Shown here one piece after another: positions 13,229-25,949 of a DNA stretch of 64,000 nt. The first letter of the stretch is position 1. Every line of letters starts with the position of its first letter. The position numbers and the translations under genes are program-made. The stretch lies in NCBI RefSeq assembly GCF_964355755.1, contig NC_092673.1:13302948-13366947 (forward strand). The letters are read 5' to 3'. This DNA comes from Antedon mediterranea (lineage: Eukaryota > Animalia > Echinodermata). The notes under the pieces are model-generated. The model saw nothing but the letters and a program-made list of their open reading frames with translations, was not told the origin of the DNA and ran no database searches.

Positions 13229-15679
13229 TAATAGAAAATTTGCATAAATTAGTCATATTCAACAAATCATAAACATTAACACATTCACCGCCAGGCATTT
13301 TTGCTAAATTCATCCGTTTTTCAAGCTCAACGTGGAGGTGTGTTTTTTTTATCAGATAGACATTTACATATGTTTGTCTTAAACTTGCTGATTATGTAGA
13401 ACATCTATTTTTTCTCCTCATCACTAAAACAGCTAAAGGAGATAAGCATTATTTTTCATTTACTTGCAATGATTTATTTCTGTCTTGACTGTTGATTGTA
13501 AAATAAAAAGATATTTATACAGAAAGGAGAATAGCAAAAGAGAGAATGAATGAATTCTTAGACGTCAACACCAACATCCACATCAACATCCTCATCAACA
13601 CTAACATCCACATCAATACCAACATCCACATCCACACCTAAAACTTCACATGAACTAACATCATCGTCGTCATCACCAGGCTCACAAGCATCTGCAAGCA
13701 TTTGCAACCTACGCCTTCACCCACCTTGCAGGAAATTTCTGATGCATTAAACAAGAAAATGGATGACCAAAAAGGTAAAACTTACTATGCAAATGTACGC
13801 CTATCAATATTTCATTTATTGTGTGAAAGCCAAGAGAAAATATAATTTTAAATTAAACCACATGGACAAAATTGAGAGTTAAAGCCTTAATCGAGTTGTG
13901 CAGAGTAAAACTGAATATGGTTAACATGCCCATAAGTACAACTGGAACAATAATATATGCATATATCAGCATGGAAGTCCAAGATAAGTAGTTGCCTGAT
14001 AACAGAGGAGTTTACCGAAAAGGAGATGCTCACTCAAACAATCTCTAGGAAGGAGAAGGGATTGTGATCGGTATGATCCTGAGAAAATTAAAAGGATTAA
14101 AGATCAGTTACTAATTAACTATACTTAATAGTGCTCAGTCATATATCAATTTCCATATTTTTTTTACTCATCTTTTTGGGTGGTGTGGTTAAATTCAGGC
14201 CATGAAAGGAGGCTAGGAGCAGGGTCATAATTTGGCAATAGTATAAAACATAACATAAATTTCAGAGAACATAACTGGCACTTTAGCTTGGAATAACATC
14301 GTTATTCCAGCCCTGATGTTGATGTACACAAAGGCGGGATAACCAAGCTTTAAACCTATATCATTATTTTTATAATGGAGTTTGCTGTGAATAAAAATAC
14401 AACCAGTAAGTTGGAATCACAAATCCCAATGCTCAAATACTGCCCTTCAGGCCTCCAGATATTTGAGTCATCCTACTCTCCTACAAAAATACAATTTCTC
14501 CCAATATTTTGGATAAAAAATATCCTGATATATGTATACATTTGTAGTTTCTACTACATATGATACAGAAGAGAACAGAAAATATACAAAATTCCTAACA
14601 AATTTGTGAACTTGCTGTGCCAATTGCTGAGATTTTTAATTGTTTATTCAAAGATGGAAAAGTAACAGCAAAAGGGAAGGATGCAAACATCCAATACCTA
14701 AAGAAAAGCCAGCAACTATCTAAACTCCTACCAATATCACTAGCAACAATGTAGATGGCAAGAAAACATTCTAGATCTTGGCAAGAGCAAACATACCAAG
14801 TGCTTCTACACAATTACTCAAAAGGCGCATTGACCAATATATGAAAAGGCTTCATCCTAGGATAATACTCAACATGTATTCTTTTCATCAAAGGATTGCA
14901 AATTGCCAAGAGATTACACAGATGAAGAACAGTTGAGATACCTTGAATGGAATCGCACTACTACATATATCTTAGATATTGTCCCCCTGAAAAAATAATT
15001 ATTTAAAATTTTTTTTCTTGAATATGCCATTTTAATTTCACATAATAATTATCCACTTTGACCAAAATTAAATCAAAAAAAATTTTGTAATTTAAAGCAT
15101 TATTTTTCTTTTTTTTTCTACGTTAGTGCTTAACATCATTAAAACTACAAAATAAACTATTCAAAGTCTGATTTATCTTCATTTTTCATGTTTTTGGGGG
15201 ACAACACATCTTTACCTTTTATATTATAAATATATATATATATATAAATATATAAAACTGTTTTTGTTCCTTAAATTCCTGAAATTAAGATAAATGTACT
15301 AGCAGGGATCAGAAAACAAAACAAAATCCATAAAGCTAAAAAAACCATAGAAAGGCAAAGAATCCAACCTTAACTTTCAAAAGATTTACTTGCATACGAA
15401 TATGACCAAAGAATTAAGTCATATCAGTTTCTTTTGGCTCCAAAAACTGGGTTAATATTGTTTTTAAAAGAAATTTTCCCTGACATAGGTATTCTTTTTT
15501 ATCTTTCATTTTTTAATGTTCTTACATCCGAAATGTCTAAATTAGGTAAGACCAGACCTGGGTAAGGTTTTTATAAAACAAATCAGTGACAATATTGATT
15601 TTTTTTATATAGATTAATGTTAAGTTAAGTTATCCAAATTTAAAGTAATCTATCTATTAAATACACAGAAAAATATATA

Positions 15680-16920
15680 TGCACACAATGTGAATTTAGT
15701 CAAAAAGCATCAATGTTTGGTTCCATTGGAGCAATGGCTACACATCACACTCCATAAAGTACAGCATGCCTGCCTTCATGTGTAGCTGCATTTCATAACT
15801 GCCCACTCTCTGTTTGCAGGAAGGACTCTGGTTAAATGTTATCGTCTGCTTTCATCTATCTCCCATCTTCATTTAGCAGCTTTATCATCACTCCAGGCAA
15901 ATATTTTACTGTACATGTACTGCACAATAGAGGTATTTAACTGTTTTTGCGAATCTTTTGGAGTATTTAAAAAAAAAAATTTGTGTATTAAGTGATAATC
16001 CGGCTGTTTGGTGTGCATTTTGTAGATTCCACATTTGGTATTTCTTAAAACAATCTGATTTCCTGACAATCCATACATAAATACACACTCTTCATAGTTC
16101 TTTGGATAATGCTAATACCATCTGCTTGTATTATGTAACAACAAATTGACACAGTTTCCTGAATTATGGTAGCTAAGAGCAAAACTATACATCAGTGTTA
16201 TCAAATCTAATGCAGTAGTAACAGAAATTGCGTCCCCATCATTTTCAGTTTAATAGTGTTTTACTCAGGCCTATACCTACACGGCCTTCAACAAAATGTT
16301 ATGGACAACGTGCCTTTTCGTGGTCAGCTGCTCTTCCAAATTATATCAGAAATGCTGAATCACTCACCACATTCAAACAACTCCTGAAATCCCACCTTTT
16401 TATTTTGCATTTTCTTTACTTTTTGCTCTTCTTTTTTCTGTTGATTGTTCAGCGCTTAGAGGCGTCCTGCATTTTGCGCTTTAGTAAATTGAACATTATT
16501 ATTATTATGTGCAATCTCAATTTCCTTGATTAGATTAGAAAAACATGGTCCTTCTCAATTGTCAAAATATGTTATTGCCACATGAAATGGTTAATTCAGG
16601 TATGATACAGTATTTAGAGAAAGAGAAATCTTTATTCAGGTATACCCTTCTATATTCCTGGTGTAGTCATCGTGCATGGCAATATACATTTATAGTTCAT
16701 ATACCAAGAATGCGTATACAATCATGTTTAAGCTGATCCAACAAACTTGAGTTCAACAGTCAGTTTATTTCTGAAGTCAGATAGTATTCCAGAGACCTTC
16801 TTTGAAAGAAGCTGCAAGGATGGACAGAATGTCACAGTATCTAATGTAGCTGTATGAAGGAAGACATGGTATGTACATCTGCAGTGTGGAGTGTGCTGTT
16901 GACACTTACTAAAATTGATC
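15680..16920 (-). pseudogene. Possible decayed cysteine-protease/PHD-like gene
   Basis: Fragments GNQIVLRNTKCGIY (QxxxxxxCGxY-like) and WSVMCSHCS..KH*C; heavily disrupted and interrupted by a LINE tail. Confidence 0.25.
16235..16508 (+). mobile_element. 5'-truncated L2-like LINE 3' end
   Basis: YGQRAFSWSAA..LPNYIRNAESLTTFKQLLKSHLF followed by an (ATT)n tail. Confidence 0.75.
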
Positions 16921-17369
16921 ATACATGTTTATATATAAAAAGACTAATCCACAATATTCACATTTTGTGTCTACATTATATATTTACTGTATATTTAAGT
17001 AGAAGAAGGAAAAATGTATTTATCTTGCTTGTTTTCAAGTGATAATTAAATTGAATGAAAATGAGATTTACTAGCAGCTAGCATTAATCATTTATTACTA
17101 CTACTATTAGTGTAATACCCATTGGTTTTCACATTTTAATTGATGCATTTTAGTTACTGGTAGACTGTTCGAAAAATTAAAAAAACAATCTTCTATCAAC
17201 TGTCAACTATGACACAATGTAAAGTACTTTTCAATCACAAATACTATACTATAGTAAAGCAAATGGCAAAACAGTTTTAACAATGTTGATACCTTGTTGA
17301 TATTTGGAGGGCTCGCAAAAAAACCAAACAAAATTTAATTGATATTTCTAATAGTTTTTGAGAACAGAT

Positions 17370-19682
17370 GAAGAATTTGAAGATGCTGTTCATACACAAG
17401 GAAGAAGTTGATGAATGGATAAGAACATGTCGCATAGATTTTTTCATACCTCATGCTAAATATTCCTAAAGCAAAAAAAAGAAACGCTTAATGCAATAAT
17501 TACTGAGGTATAGTAAAACTAGTAATTGCATCCATTCACATAAAATATCTATCCTAAACTTGCTGGGTCAGTTTAAAAGACAAGTATGAGCATAGTCCTC
17601 TTACACTGTTAAAAACAATAGAAGTACAGAGCTTTCTAGGTTAATGGTCAAGTCTTGAAAAAGATGTTATCGGTTTGAAGACCGGCACTATATAAAGATG
17701 AATTACTTTCAATTACAAAACAACAAAAAACCACACATGCAGAGAATAATTGCAGACTGAGGTGTGTGAAGATATGAAATGTGACTGAATGCACTAAAAA
17801 TTAATCGTGAGTATAACATCGCACCAAGAAGAAGATGCAATGCTACTATATATCTCTGTGTCAAGGACTGTTCCTCAACATACCCACCTGATGATAGTTG
17901 CTGGCTGTATTATGAACCTATTAGAATAGTGCTATCAAACTTTTACATCCAAGTTAAACAGAATGACTACAGTAGGATTTCGGAACATTAGAAGTGCGTG
18001 AAGATGAAATCCATTCCGTTGCATAATACAGTGTTTTGCGTTTTGCACGCTGTGGCCAGGTCAGTGGAAAAATTGCTGACATTAGAAGTACAGTTGATAC
18101 TCAAATGATCAAGTCAAGAAGCACAAACTGGAAAAGATGGTGCTGCTTACATAAAAGAAAAATTGACCAATCTAGAGAATAATATTAACAAAAGAGGTGT
18201 TAGGCAATCGTGCTTTAAAATTAGATTTGAATCAAATGGTAAGCTTGCTCCCGTCAAGTTGAACAAAACTCATGCAATTGCGATTATCGCTCCATCCCCT
18301 TCCGGCGAAGAAGAAGAAACGTTTGCCCACAGAACTCAATTATAAAAAATACTCTTCCAGATAATGTCCAAGCCAGTCTAGGTCTGAAAGCGCAGTATAG
18401 CGAATACAATTTGGTACAAGCAATATGGAAACATTTCAACGCCATGATCACTATCCTGCGCAAAGATGACATTCCAACATTAAAGCATAAAGATCTAGAT
18501 GGCTCTTTGACTTTGGTTACCAACACACCGATATTTCAGAATATAAAGATAATGCAGAACGATTCTACCAACTTTTTAAGCTTCGTTATACAACAGCAGG
18601 ATTAACGCCTTACATGATGAAGCTGGTGGACATCGCCCCAACCTTTATGGAAAACTTTCCATTTTCACTAGGAAGAATGCAATCAGAAGGAGGTGAACAT
18701 GCAAACTACCAACATAATCGCTTCTTCTATACGCACACGACCAGGTGGTGGGAAGTCTGAGGAGGCGTATGATTCCATTCTATGTACCATGAACAATATG
18801 TACAAAAGAATTTCATACCAAATTATGAGTGATAGTAGTAGTGGCAAACTTGCTGCTGAGGCTTTTCTGACCTATAAGAATAGATGTTTGGTTAAAGGCG
18901 GTATCCGAAAGTTTACCAATCCCTTGGATATGAAGTGCCCGGTTGTTGAAAACCAAACTACTACTAGTACTACTAATGAGGATGATGCCACAGAGAATAA
19001 ACTTTTCAAAAATTATAATTTTGTTTTAAGTGGGACTGTCCCAAAACACAAAGGGAAATCATACAACCATGACAAAATGACCACACTAATAAAATTACAT
19101 GGTGGACGAGTTAAGAAAAGCCTACCAAAGCATACAAGCACCAAGAAGTACACTATTTTAGCAAATGAAAATTTATCAACAAAGCTAAAACTTCCATCAC
19201 AGATCAGAGGAGGAATTCAGATGGTGTTTGATATAATTGGATATTCATTTATTTTTGATTCCGTTACAAATGGTGTGGTCCAAAATAAGGAACAGTTTAA
19301 GATCACCTTTGAACATTGCAGCGCAACGACCACAAATGTTTCGTTAGAAGACAAACATTTTAAAAGGAAGCAGCTATCCACATTTCTAAAAAAAAGGAAG
19401 AAGTGTTCCCAAATAAAAAAATAAAAAAAACTCAAAAAAGGAAACCCAGGTTTGCTCTATGTTACGAAAAAAATAAAGGAACATAAAAGTATTTCGTTTC
19501 AACAAAGCCAAGACCTTTTTAAAGTGTAATTTGATGAATACAAACATATGGATGATAGTGAAAAGAAGCGTGTTGCTACAGAATGGAAGAAAGAGGTGCA
19601 ACGCAAGAACCACCTTATTGACAAGTACAACGAGAAAAGACCTACTTACCAAGATTTCCTTTCATACACAAAGGGAAAATAA
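17370..19682 (+). pseudogene. Decayed RAG1/Transib-like DDE transposase fused to BRCT and HMG-box-like domains
   Basis: IPLHNTVFCVLHAVARSVEKLL (from 18013); VQAIWKHFNAMITILRK; AERFYQLFKLRYTTAGLTPYMMKLVDIAPTFMENFPFSLGRMQSEGGEHANYQHNRF (from 18554); BRCT-like FKNYNFVLSG...LIKLHGGRV...IIGYSFIFDSV (~19002-19300); in-frame tail 19425-19682 with HMG-like spacing; several frameshifts and stops. Confidence 0.65.
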
Positions 19683-19699
19683 CTGTTCTCAGCCTGAGC

Positions 19700-20170
19700 A
19701 ATGCATAGAAACAAATTTTCTTTGTTTGTGTTCGATTGACAATACCCATAAAAAACACTTATTTGGGTTACAATTACAAGCTTAACAATATTTGTTTTAT
19801 TTTTGCTGTACTGTCCAATGAGTACGGTACTAAAGTATACCCTGTTTTCTTTGTAAAGTATCAAACATTTTTACAGTTACTTGACGTAGCACTGTAGTAT
19901 ACATAGTGGTTCTGTGTTTAGTGTTAGTTTTATAATATATTTTAATTTGTGATAGTTGTATGCATAAGAAACAAATTTTCTAAATACATTTTTACTTCTC
20001 TGTGTTCGAATGACAATACCGATAAAAAAACACTTATTTGGGTTACAATTACAAGCTTAACAATATTTGTTTGATTTTTGCTGTACTGTCCAATGAGTAC
20101 GGTACTAAAGTATACCCTGTTTTCTTTGTAAAGTATCGTAAACATTTTTACAGACTTGACGTAGCACTGT
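19700..20170 (+). repeat. Local tandem duplication (~19700-19897 vs ~19960-20170)
   Basis: Shared TGTGTTCGAxTGACAATACC...GAGTACGGTACTAAAGTATACCCTG...ACTTGACGTAGCACTGT. Confidence 0.85.
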
Positions 20171-21139
20171 GGTAGTGGTAGTGTTAGTATTTGTAACTTT
20201 TGTAACTTGTAGTAAAGTAATAAAATACACAAACGTTGGTTACTCCATGGTTTTATGTACTTTTTTATATAAATTGTGTAAATAAATTGGTAAATTTAAA
20301 CACCACACTGTATTTGTGTCATACTTATTGCATTTGTTATTTTATATTTTAAAAAAAAACTTATTCACCCAGAAGATCTAATGGATTCCCCTCCCCCACT
20401 TCCCCTCAATTTCAAAATCATAAATTAAATTCAGCGCTTCATTTTACAACTCCTCCACTAAACTCCTGAATCCGCCACTGATTCATATATTGGTGATTGT
20501 TTAATCTACAATTAATTCAGTTATTGTATTTACATCATTTTGAAAATAAAAATAATAAGATACTGCACAGTATAAACTATTCTTTAATCTCTCCTTTAGA
20601 TTGACTACAGAAATTGCTGAACCATGTAGGAATTTTCATGAGCTGTCCAGGTGACCTTGTTGTAAATTACCCAATAGTACCATTGGGTTGTATTTGATGG
20701 GCAGTTAATATAATCAAATTACAGTTGTGTGTTTTATGGGCTGACACTCTTGACAGGCTTGTGGACCATTTCTGCTAAGGGAGAGTTTTGCCTCATGTAT
20801 TCTGCACTGTATGTAGTACATACAGTATATAGTGTATACTGTATATCCTAATAGACATGACACAAAATAGAGAGCACACTAAAACTTGTTCAATGGCATA
20901 ATCGTTTTTTACCTGTGTGCAATATTCTAACGTACGATGTGCACGTGGCGTTTGCGCTGTGGATAACCTAACTCGTTCATATTGACGAGTTCATGCGGCC
21001 ATATTTGCTTTATTCACCATTTTATTAACTTTATAACCGCGAACCAAAAATACCTGCCGAATATACTGATGAAGACCTGGTTTGGGTAAGTAGATCCTAT
21101 TTTGATCTAAAAACCACACTTGTGCATTACCACATCTTT

Positions 21140-21960
21140 TTGTTTAGTGAATGTCATCTTTTTCCATTTTTGATAGCTATCAGACATACCAAAAACATCA
21201 ATGTCGACGGAACAAAACCAGGCAGCAATAAAAGCGATGGTAAAAACAACAAAAGACCGGGTTTTAAAAAACATTCAACAACAAAAATCGGCACAAGTCA
21301 GGAAGAGTGTGAAGAAAATTTTTAGTACGCCGATAACAGCCGACATGAAAGTGATTAATCGTGATTAATTAAAACTAATGACATAGTGTCCGAAAAGTCA
21401 ACCATAATAAGTAATAACTAATAAAGCTCTTGAAATTGTTCTAATGAAATAATATTATAATAACAATTGATAAATAACATATTCAATTCCAGGTTAGATA
21501 TCCACAGCAAATACTACTAGTATACCTAAACTTGTTAGGAGAAATTCAAGAACAAGTTGAGACCATCAAGATGAACTGGAAGTAAAGAAATCACATATTA
21601 ACAAAAATGAGCTCACATATACAGTACATAGATCAACCATTGCATGCTATTAATATGATTCATTGTTATTTTATTATTAACACATTTCTACAGATGAGAT
21701 TCAACAAGGAAATTGTGGGAAGTGAGCAAGAAAGTTGGATGTATCAACATCTGTTCATTACAAACAAGACAGGCCGGCATGAAAGTGCTCGTCCGCAATC
21801 AAAGAAAGCGGAACATAAAAGGGTCTTAATTTTACAGGACCCTTTAAAGTTTTAGAGGTTAATGGCAAAGTCTTGATCGTTAAAGATGAAAAGAAGGTTA
21901 AAGTCGTAAATGTAGACTTTGCCAAATTTTTTAACAAAAGTAAGTTCACCACAGTAATAC
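21140..21960 (+). repeat. Segment duplicated in shuffled order at ~26195-27210
   Basis: 21140-21320 matches 26865-27042; 21360-21960 matches 26195-26740; part repeated again at 27064-27210. Confidence 0.8.
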
Positions 21961-22831
21961 GATTACCTTTACTGTAGTTGGATAATTTCTAAATCGAAAT
22001 TTCTCATTACAAAAGAGAGCCATGAGTTGAACATGCTTTTTATGTTTGTTTTGATCTCTTTTATTTAATGTAAGCATGTTTAGGTTCACCCTTTATAAAA
22101 AATATTGTTAAATTGTTTTATAATACTATGTTCTGTATGTTTATTTGTTTTCTGAACAAGAGCAAGAAATGAATTACATTATTAATTATTGGGCTGTATA
22201 ATATCATTATGCTTTTAAATTGCAGTTCATAGATGTGTACATAGAAATGTTAACGCATAGGAATAAGGTTGGTACTGTATTCCATTGTCAAAATATAGTT
22301 AAATATAAATTAATAATGACCTTATAATTTTACAGTAAGCCCAACAGGACTGGTGAATTAGTATTTTCACAAAATTGAATATAAATGTAACAATACCACT
22401 ATCTTCAACAGTAAAAGATAACTGTAATGTGCTTTCAAATTGTAAGCATATGCTTTCTATTGTGTCATACAGGAACAGAAAATACACAGAATTAATGCAG
22501 TGATTATGACAGAAATTTTGAAAGGAAAGTGTCAAGAAAACTATCTGAGAAGGGCAAGGATTTCGAACAACCAGCAAGTTTCTGTCCATGTGGCAGCACA
22601 ACATCTTTTATAAACAACATGAAGTCACGGATACTGATAGTGTCCCTAAAACATGATGAATTAAATAAAAGCACACTGAGTAATCAATATTCCTGAATTT
22701 TATATTGAATGACATCAGTCACGAAGATTCAAATTGATTCACATGCCTTTATTTCACATGAGATACAAACTGACTAGATGTCCAGAAATGTTTTCACACT
22801 ATGGATTGTTATAGATATGTTTATTTCATTA

Positions 22832-25800
22832 GGCGCCTTCGGTAAATTATTTCAAACGACAAGAACGCGTTCAGGCACGTTTGCTATTGTATTACGACAA
22901 AGGTCGTAAAGACGCGTTTGGCAGACCATTTGGGGGAACCCCGTTTGGACGCGTTTATTCACGTTTGGCATGTTGCTCCGCCCCATTGAACGTTTGACTG
23001 ATCAGCATTATTGTTTGTCATTTTGTACGATTCCTTCATTGAGTATTAAATTTCCAGATAATGGCATATTGTTCTTTACACGCCCGCCGTTTGTCAAGAC
23101 GTACTTTACATAAAAATTACTTTTTAAAGCTTGGTACTAGGGCCTAGTCTCTAGAGGAGGCCTAGGCCTACCATGGAGAAACTCCATGCATGGAGTTATA
23201 CTCCTTACCGAATTACGGAAAAATATACAAAAACAACAATGCGTACAATATCGCTACAAACGCGATTCCTTGTTTGTGGGGATTCCCTTGATACGGCCCC
23301 ACACAGCCCGTAAACAACATTGCAATGTAATAATAATGCGGCCTACGTACTACCTTGGGTTAGCGAATTATAAAAAAACAACACCTAGGCTAGGACACCA
23401 ACAAAATATATGCAAGATAAATATATATTCCATGTTAAGATTTAAGATATGCCTTTTAAATTATTAAAGAAAATGCCTGACTAGAATTTGGATGGAGGGG
23501 AAAAAAACATGTGAATCGCGCGCGGGAACAGTTTTTAGAGCAGCTAAAGAGAGTATTATTATTACGTTTCATGTCATGTGACACAAAATCCAGGTACACG
23601 TAATTAGCCACCGATGTTTAAAAAAAACATGTGAGAGGTTGCGGTAAACAGAGAGTATCGTGTTTCATGCCATGTGACCAAAAAAAAACTAGGCATGTAT
23701 TTATTACGGTCTTCTGTCGGCAGTCTTTTTGAGCGACCGACTGAACGTTCTGATACTATATTTAGAATGAAAATTGTTGACGATCTTTTTTTGTCGGGAT
23801 CGTTTCTGGATCGACTGGACGTTCGCTATATTATTTTTATAAGTTGGCCTAGTCATTTTGTTGGATTGTGTCTCTACGTTCGTTTACATCGTGGAAAATT
23901 TATTTAATGGCTGGAAATTATAACGCATAGGAAACTGAGATACAGTCCGTTGTGGAAATAATTATGGCGCTATGCGCCTAAAATTTCGTGCACCCTGTCC
24001 GCACCCTGTGGTTTAATGTGTTTACACACACAGCAGGGATTCCATTAACAATAAGTCTAAGGCCATGCATCTGTACTGTTACTAACTTTTAATCAATTTT
24101 TGTACTTTTTTCAGTCAGTATATGTACATTAAATTCCCTATAATTATTTAGTTAATTAAAATAGCTTTTGAATGAAAAAAATCGGTGCCGTATTAAGCAT
24201 TTTACGAAGTAGGGACGTTTTTTTTGTATCAAGCTTTAAAAACACAGGCTGTTCCACCTTAGTTGCCAATTCCCTCTGCTATTTGTTTACCTTTGGTTTG
24301 TTCCATTAGTGAGTGAATCATAAAATGTGCTAGTATTAATCTGAAAGTGCTTTGATTAGTATTAATGTCCTTGGAAATAAATAAAAGCATAAAAGTGTGT
24401 GCGGTATATTAAATTTAAAATAAAAGAAGTAGTAAAACCCATACATTATTATTTAATAAAAATGTAGAATAGATGTGGCTTCCCATTACATAATGGAATG
24501 ATCAAACAGAAATCGCCCAAAACATGTGTGTGCTCATCATGGAGGAGAAAATCCGTGGTGTACATGTGTGATTGCATGGACATGATTTTCAATCAACATA
24601 GTTTGTTGTTATATAGAATCTCATTCACCAAAAGGAATTTTAGGCTACGATTGTTTTAACGCACCATAATAAATTAAAAATGGTGTTTAGTTACAGAGGC
24701 TAGGCCCAAGTCTGGGATTCAGTAAAGTATAGTTAATTCGATGGCTTTTAGCTAGCTAGGAATAACCTAAATCGACCACAATCAATATGCCGGCCGGCCT
24801 AGTAAAAAGTAACTAGGCCTAGCCCTAGCTGGGCCTAGAACTAAATATGGTACATTCCTGTGAAAATAAGCTAGCTATTGCATTATTTTAATAACCTACT
24901 CAGGCTAGTATATCAACTCCCTGGCTGGTATAGTATAATAAATATATATAGTATAGTATAATAAGCTTAATACGGTCGAATGGAAAAACAGTACGTGAAT
25001 AAGGTGCATATCATCGTTGCAGGGTTAGGGGGTGCAAACAAAACATTCAACAGCCGGATAAATGAGTGAAAAACAACGTGCTAAAATCGTAACTCTGTAA
25101 ATACTGCATCAATTTTATCCATTCAAAAACTAAATTAATGTGCCTCTTGCTAAAAAAAAATGTTTTTAACGATGCAATCGTGTTCTGATAATGTTTATGT
25201 AAAATTAATTATGTATAATCAGAATTGCTTATCATAGCGTTTCCCATGGTTCAAACACCGTACTGTTAAAATAGATTTCTTTCAGATTACCGACGATTTT
25301 TTAACTTTTATCTGAAATATAAATTGATATATCTAGTATTTAGTAACGGTAAATAGCGCGATATTAATACTGTCATAATAATATGAAGATACGATTTAGT
25401 GATGCTTATAACGATTTATTCGTGTAAACGTGATTTGGCGCCAAGTAGCTATGCAAAGCGACGATTTGCTGTCACTCGCTCGCGATCAACTGGGCCTAGC
25501 TAAATTGCGGTTATTTTTACAATTTGTGAACTGCCGATCGGTTATATAATCATTGCGCTACAAATACAGCATTGTACATTTTATTTCACTTTAAAATCTA
25601 CGAAAACCGTTTGTTTATGCTTCACCGTATACCGTGATGTTTGCCGCGAAAGGGGGTTCCCCGATTAGTTTGCAAGAGTCCGAGATAATAGAAAACGCGA
25701 CTCTGTGACAAAAACGTGTTCGAACGTCGATGTTTTGTTTGAACTGGCAAGACAAAGGGAAGCCGTTTGCGTGACACAAACGCGCTACAACGCTCCGGCT

Positions 25801-25949
25801 CCGTTTGGAAAGGCGTGTCGGGAACGTGGTCCTACTCATGAATATTCAATTAGATGCACTAATTAGAACGGTTGATTGTCAAACACGTTTCAACGACGGT
25901 CAAAATCGAAACGCGTTCTTGTCGTTTGAAATAATTTACCGAAGGCGCC
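22832..25949. mobile_element. Non-autonomous PIF/Harbinger transposon
   Basis: 40-bp TIR GGCGCCTTCGGTAAATTATTTCAAACGACAAGAACGCGTT; TTA TSD (22829-22831, 25950-25952). Confidence 0.9.

Noticed and set aside
11730-14990. Acidic, Cys-rich and Ser/Thr-rich exon-like fragments
   Set aside because: Too decayed to assign a family or to link to the RAG1-like relic
15680-16920. RAG2-like gene
   Set aside because: No kelch repeats are visible, and the orientation is head-to-head rather than the convergent ProtoRAG layout
20143-20171. RSS-like end for the RAG1-like relic (minus strand CACAGTG-N13-GTAAAAATG)
   Set aside because: A 7-mer is expected by chance, the nonamer match is poor, the duplicate copy reads CACTGTA, and I found no matching left TIR or 5-bp TSD
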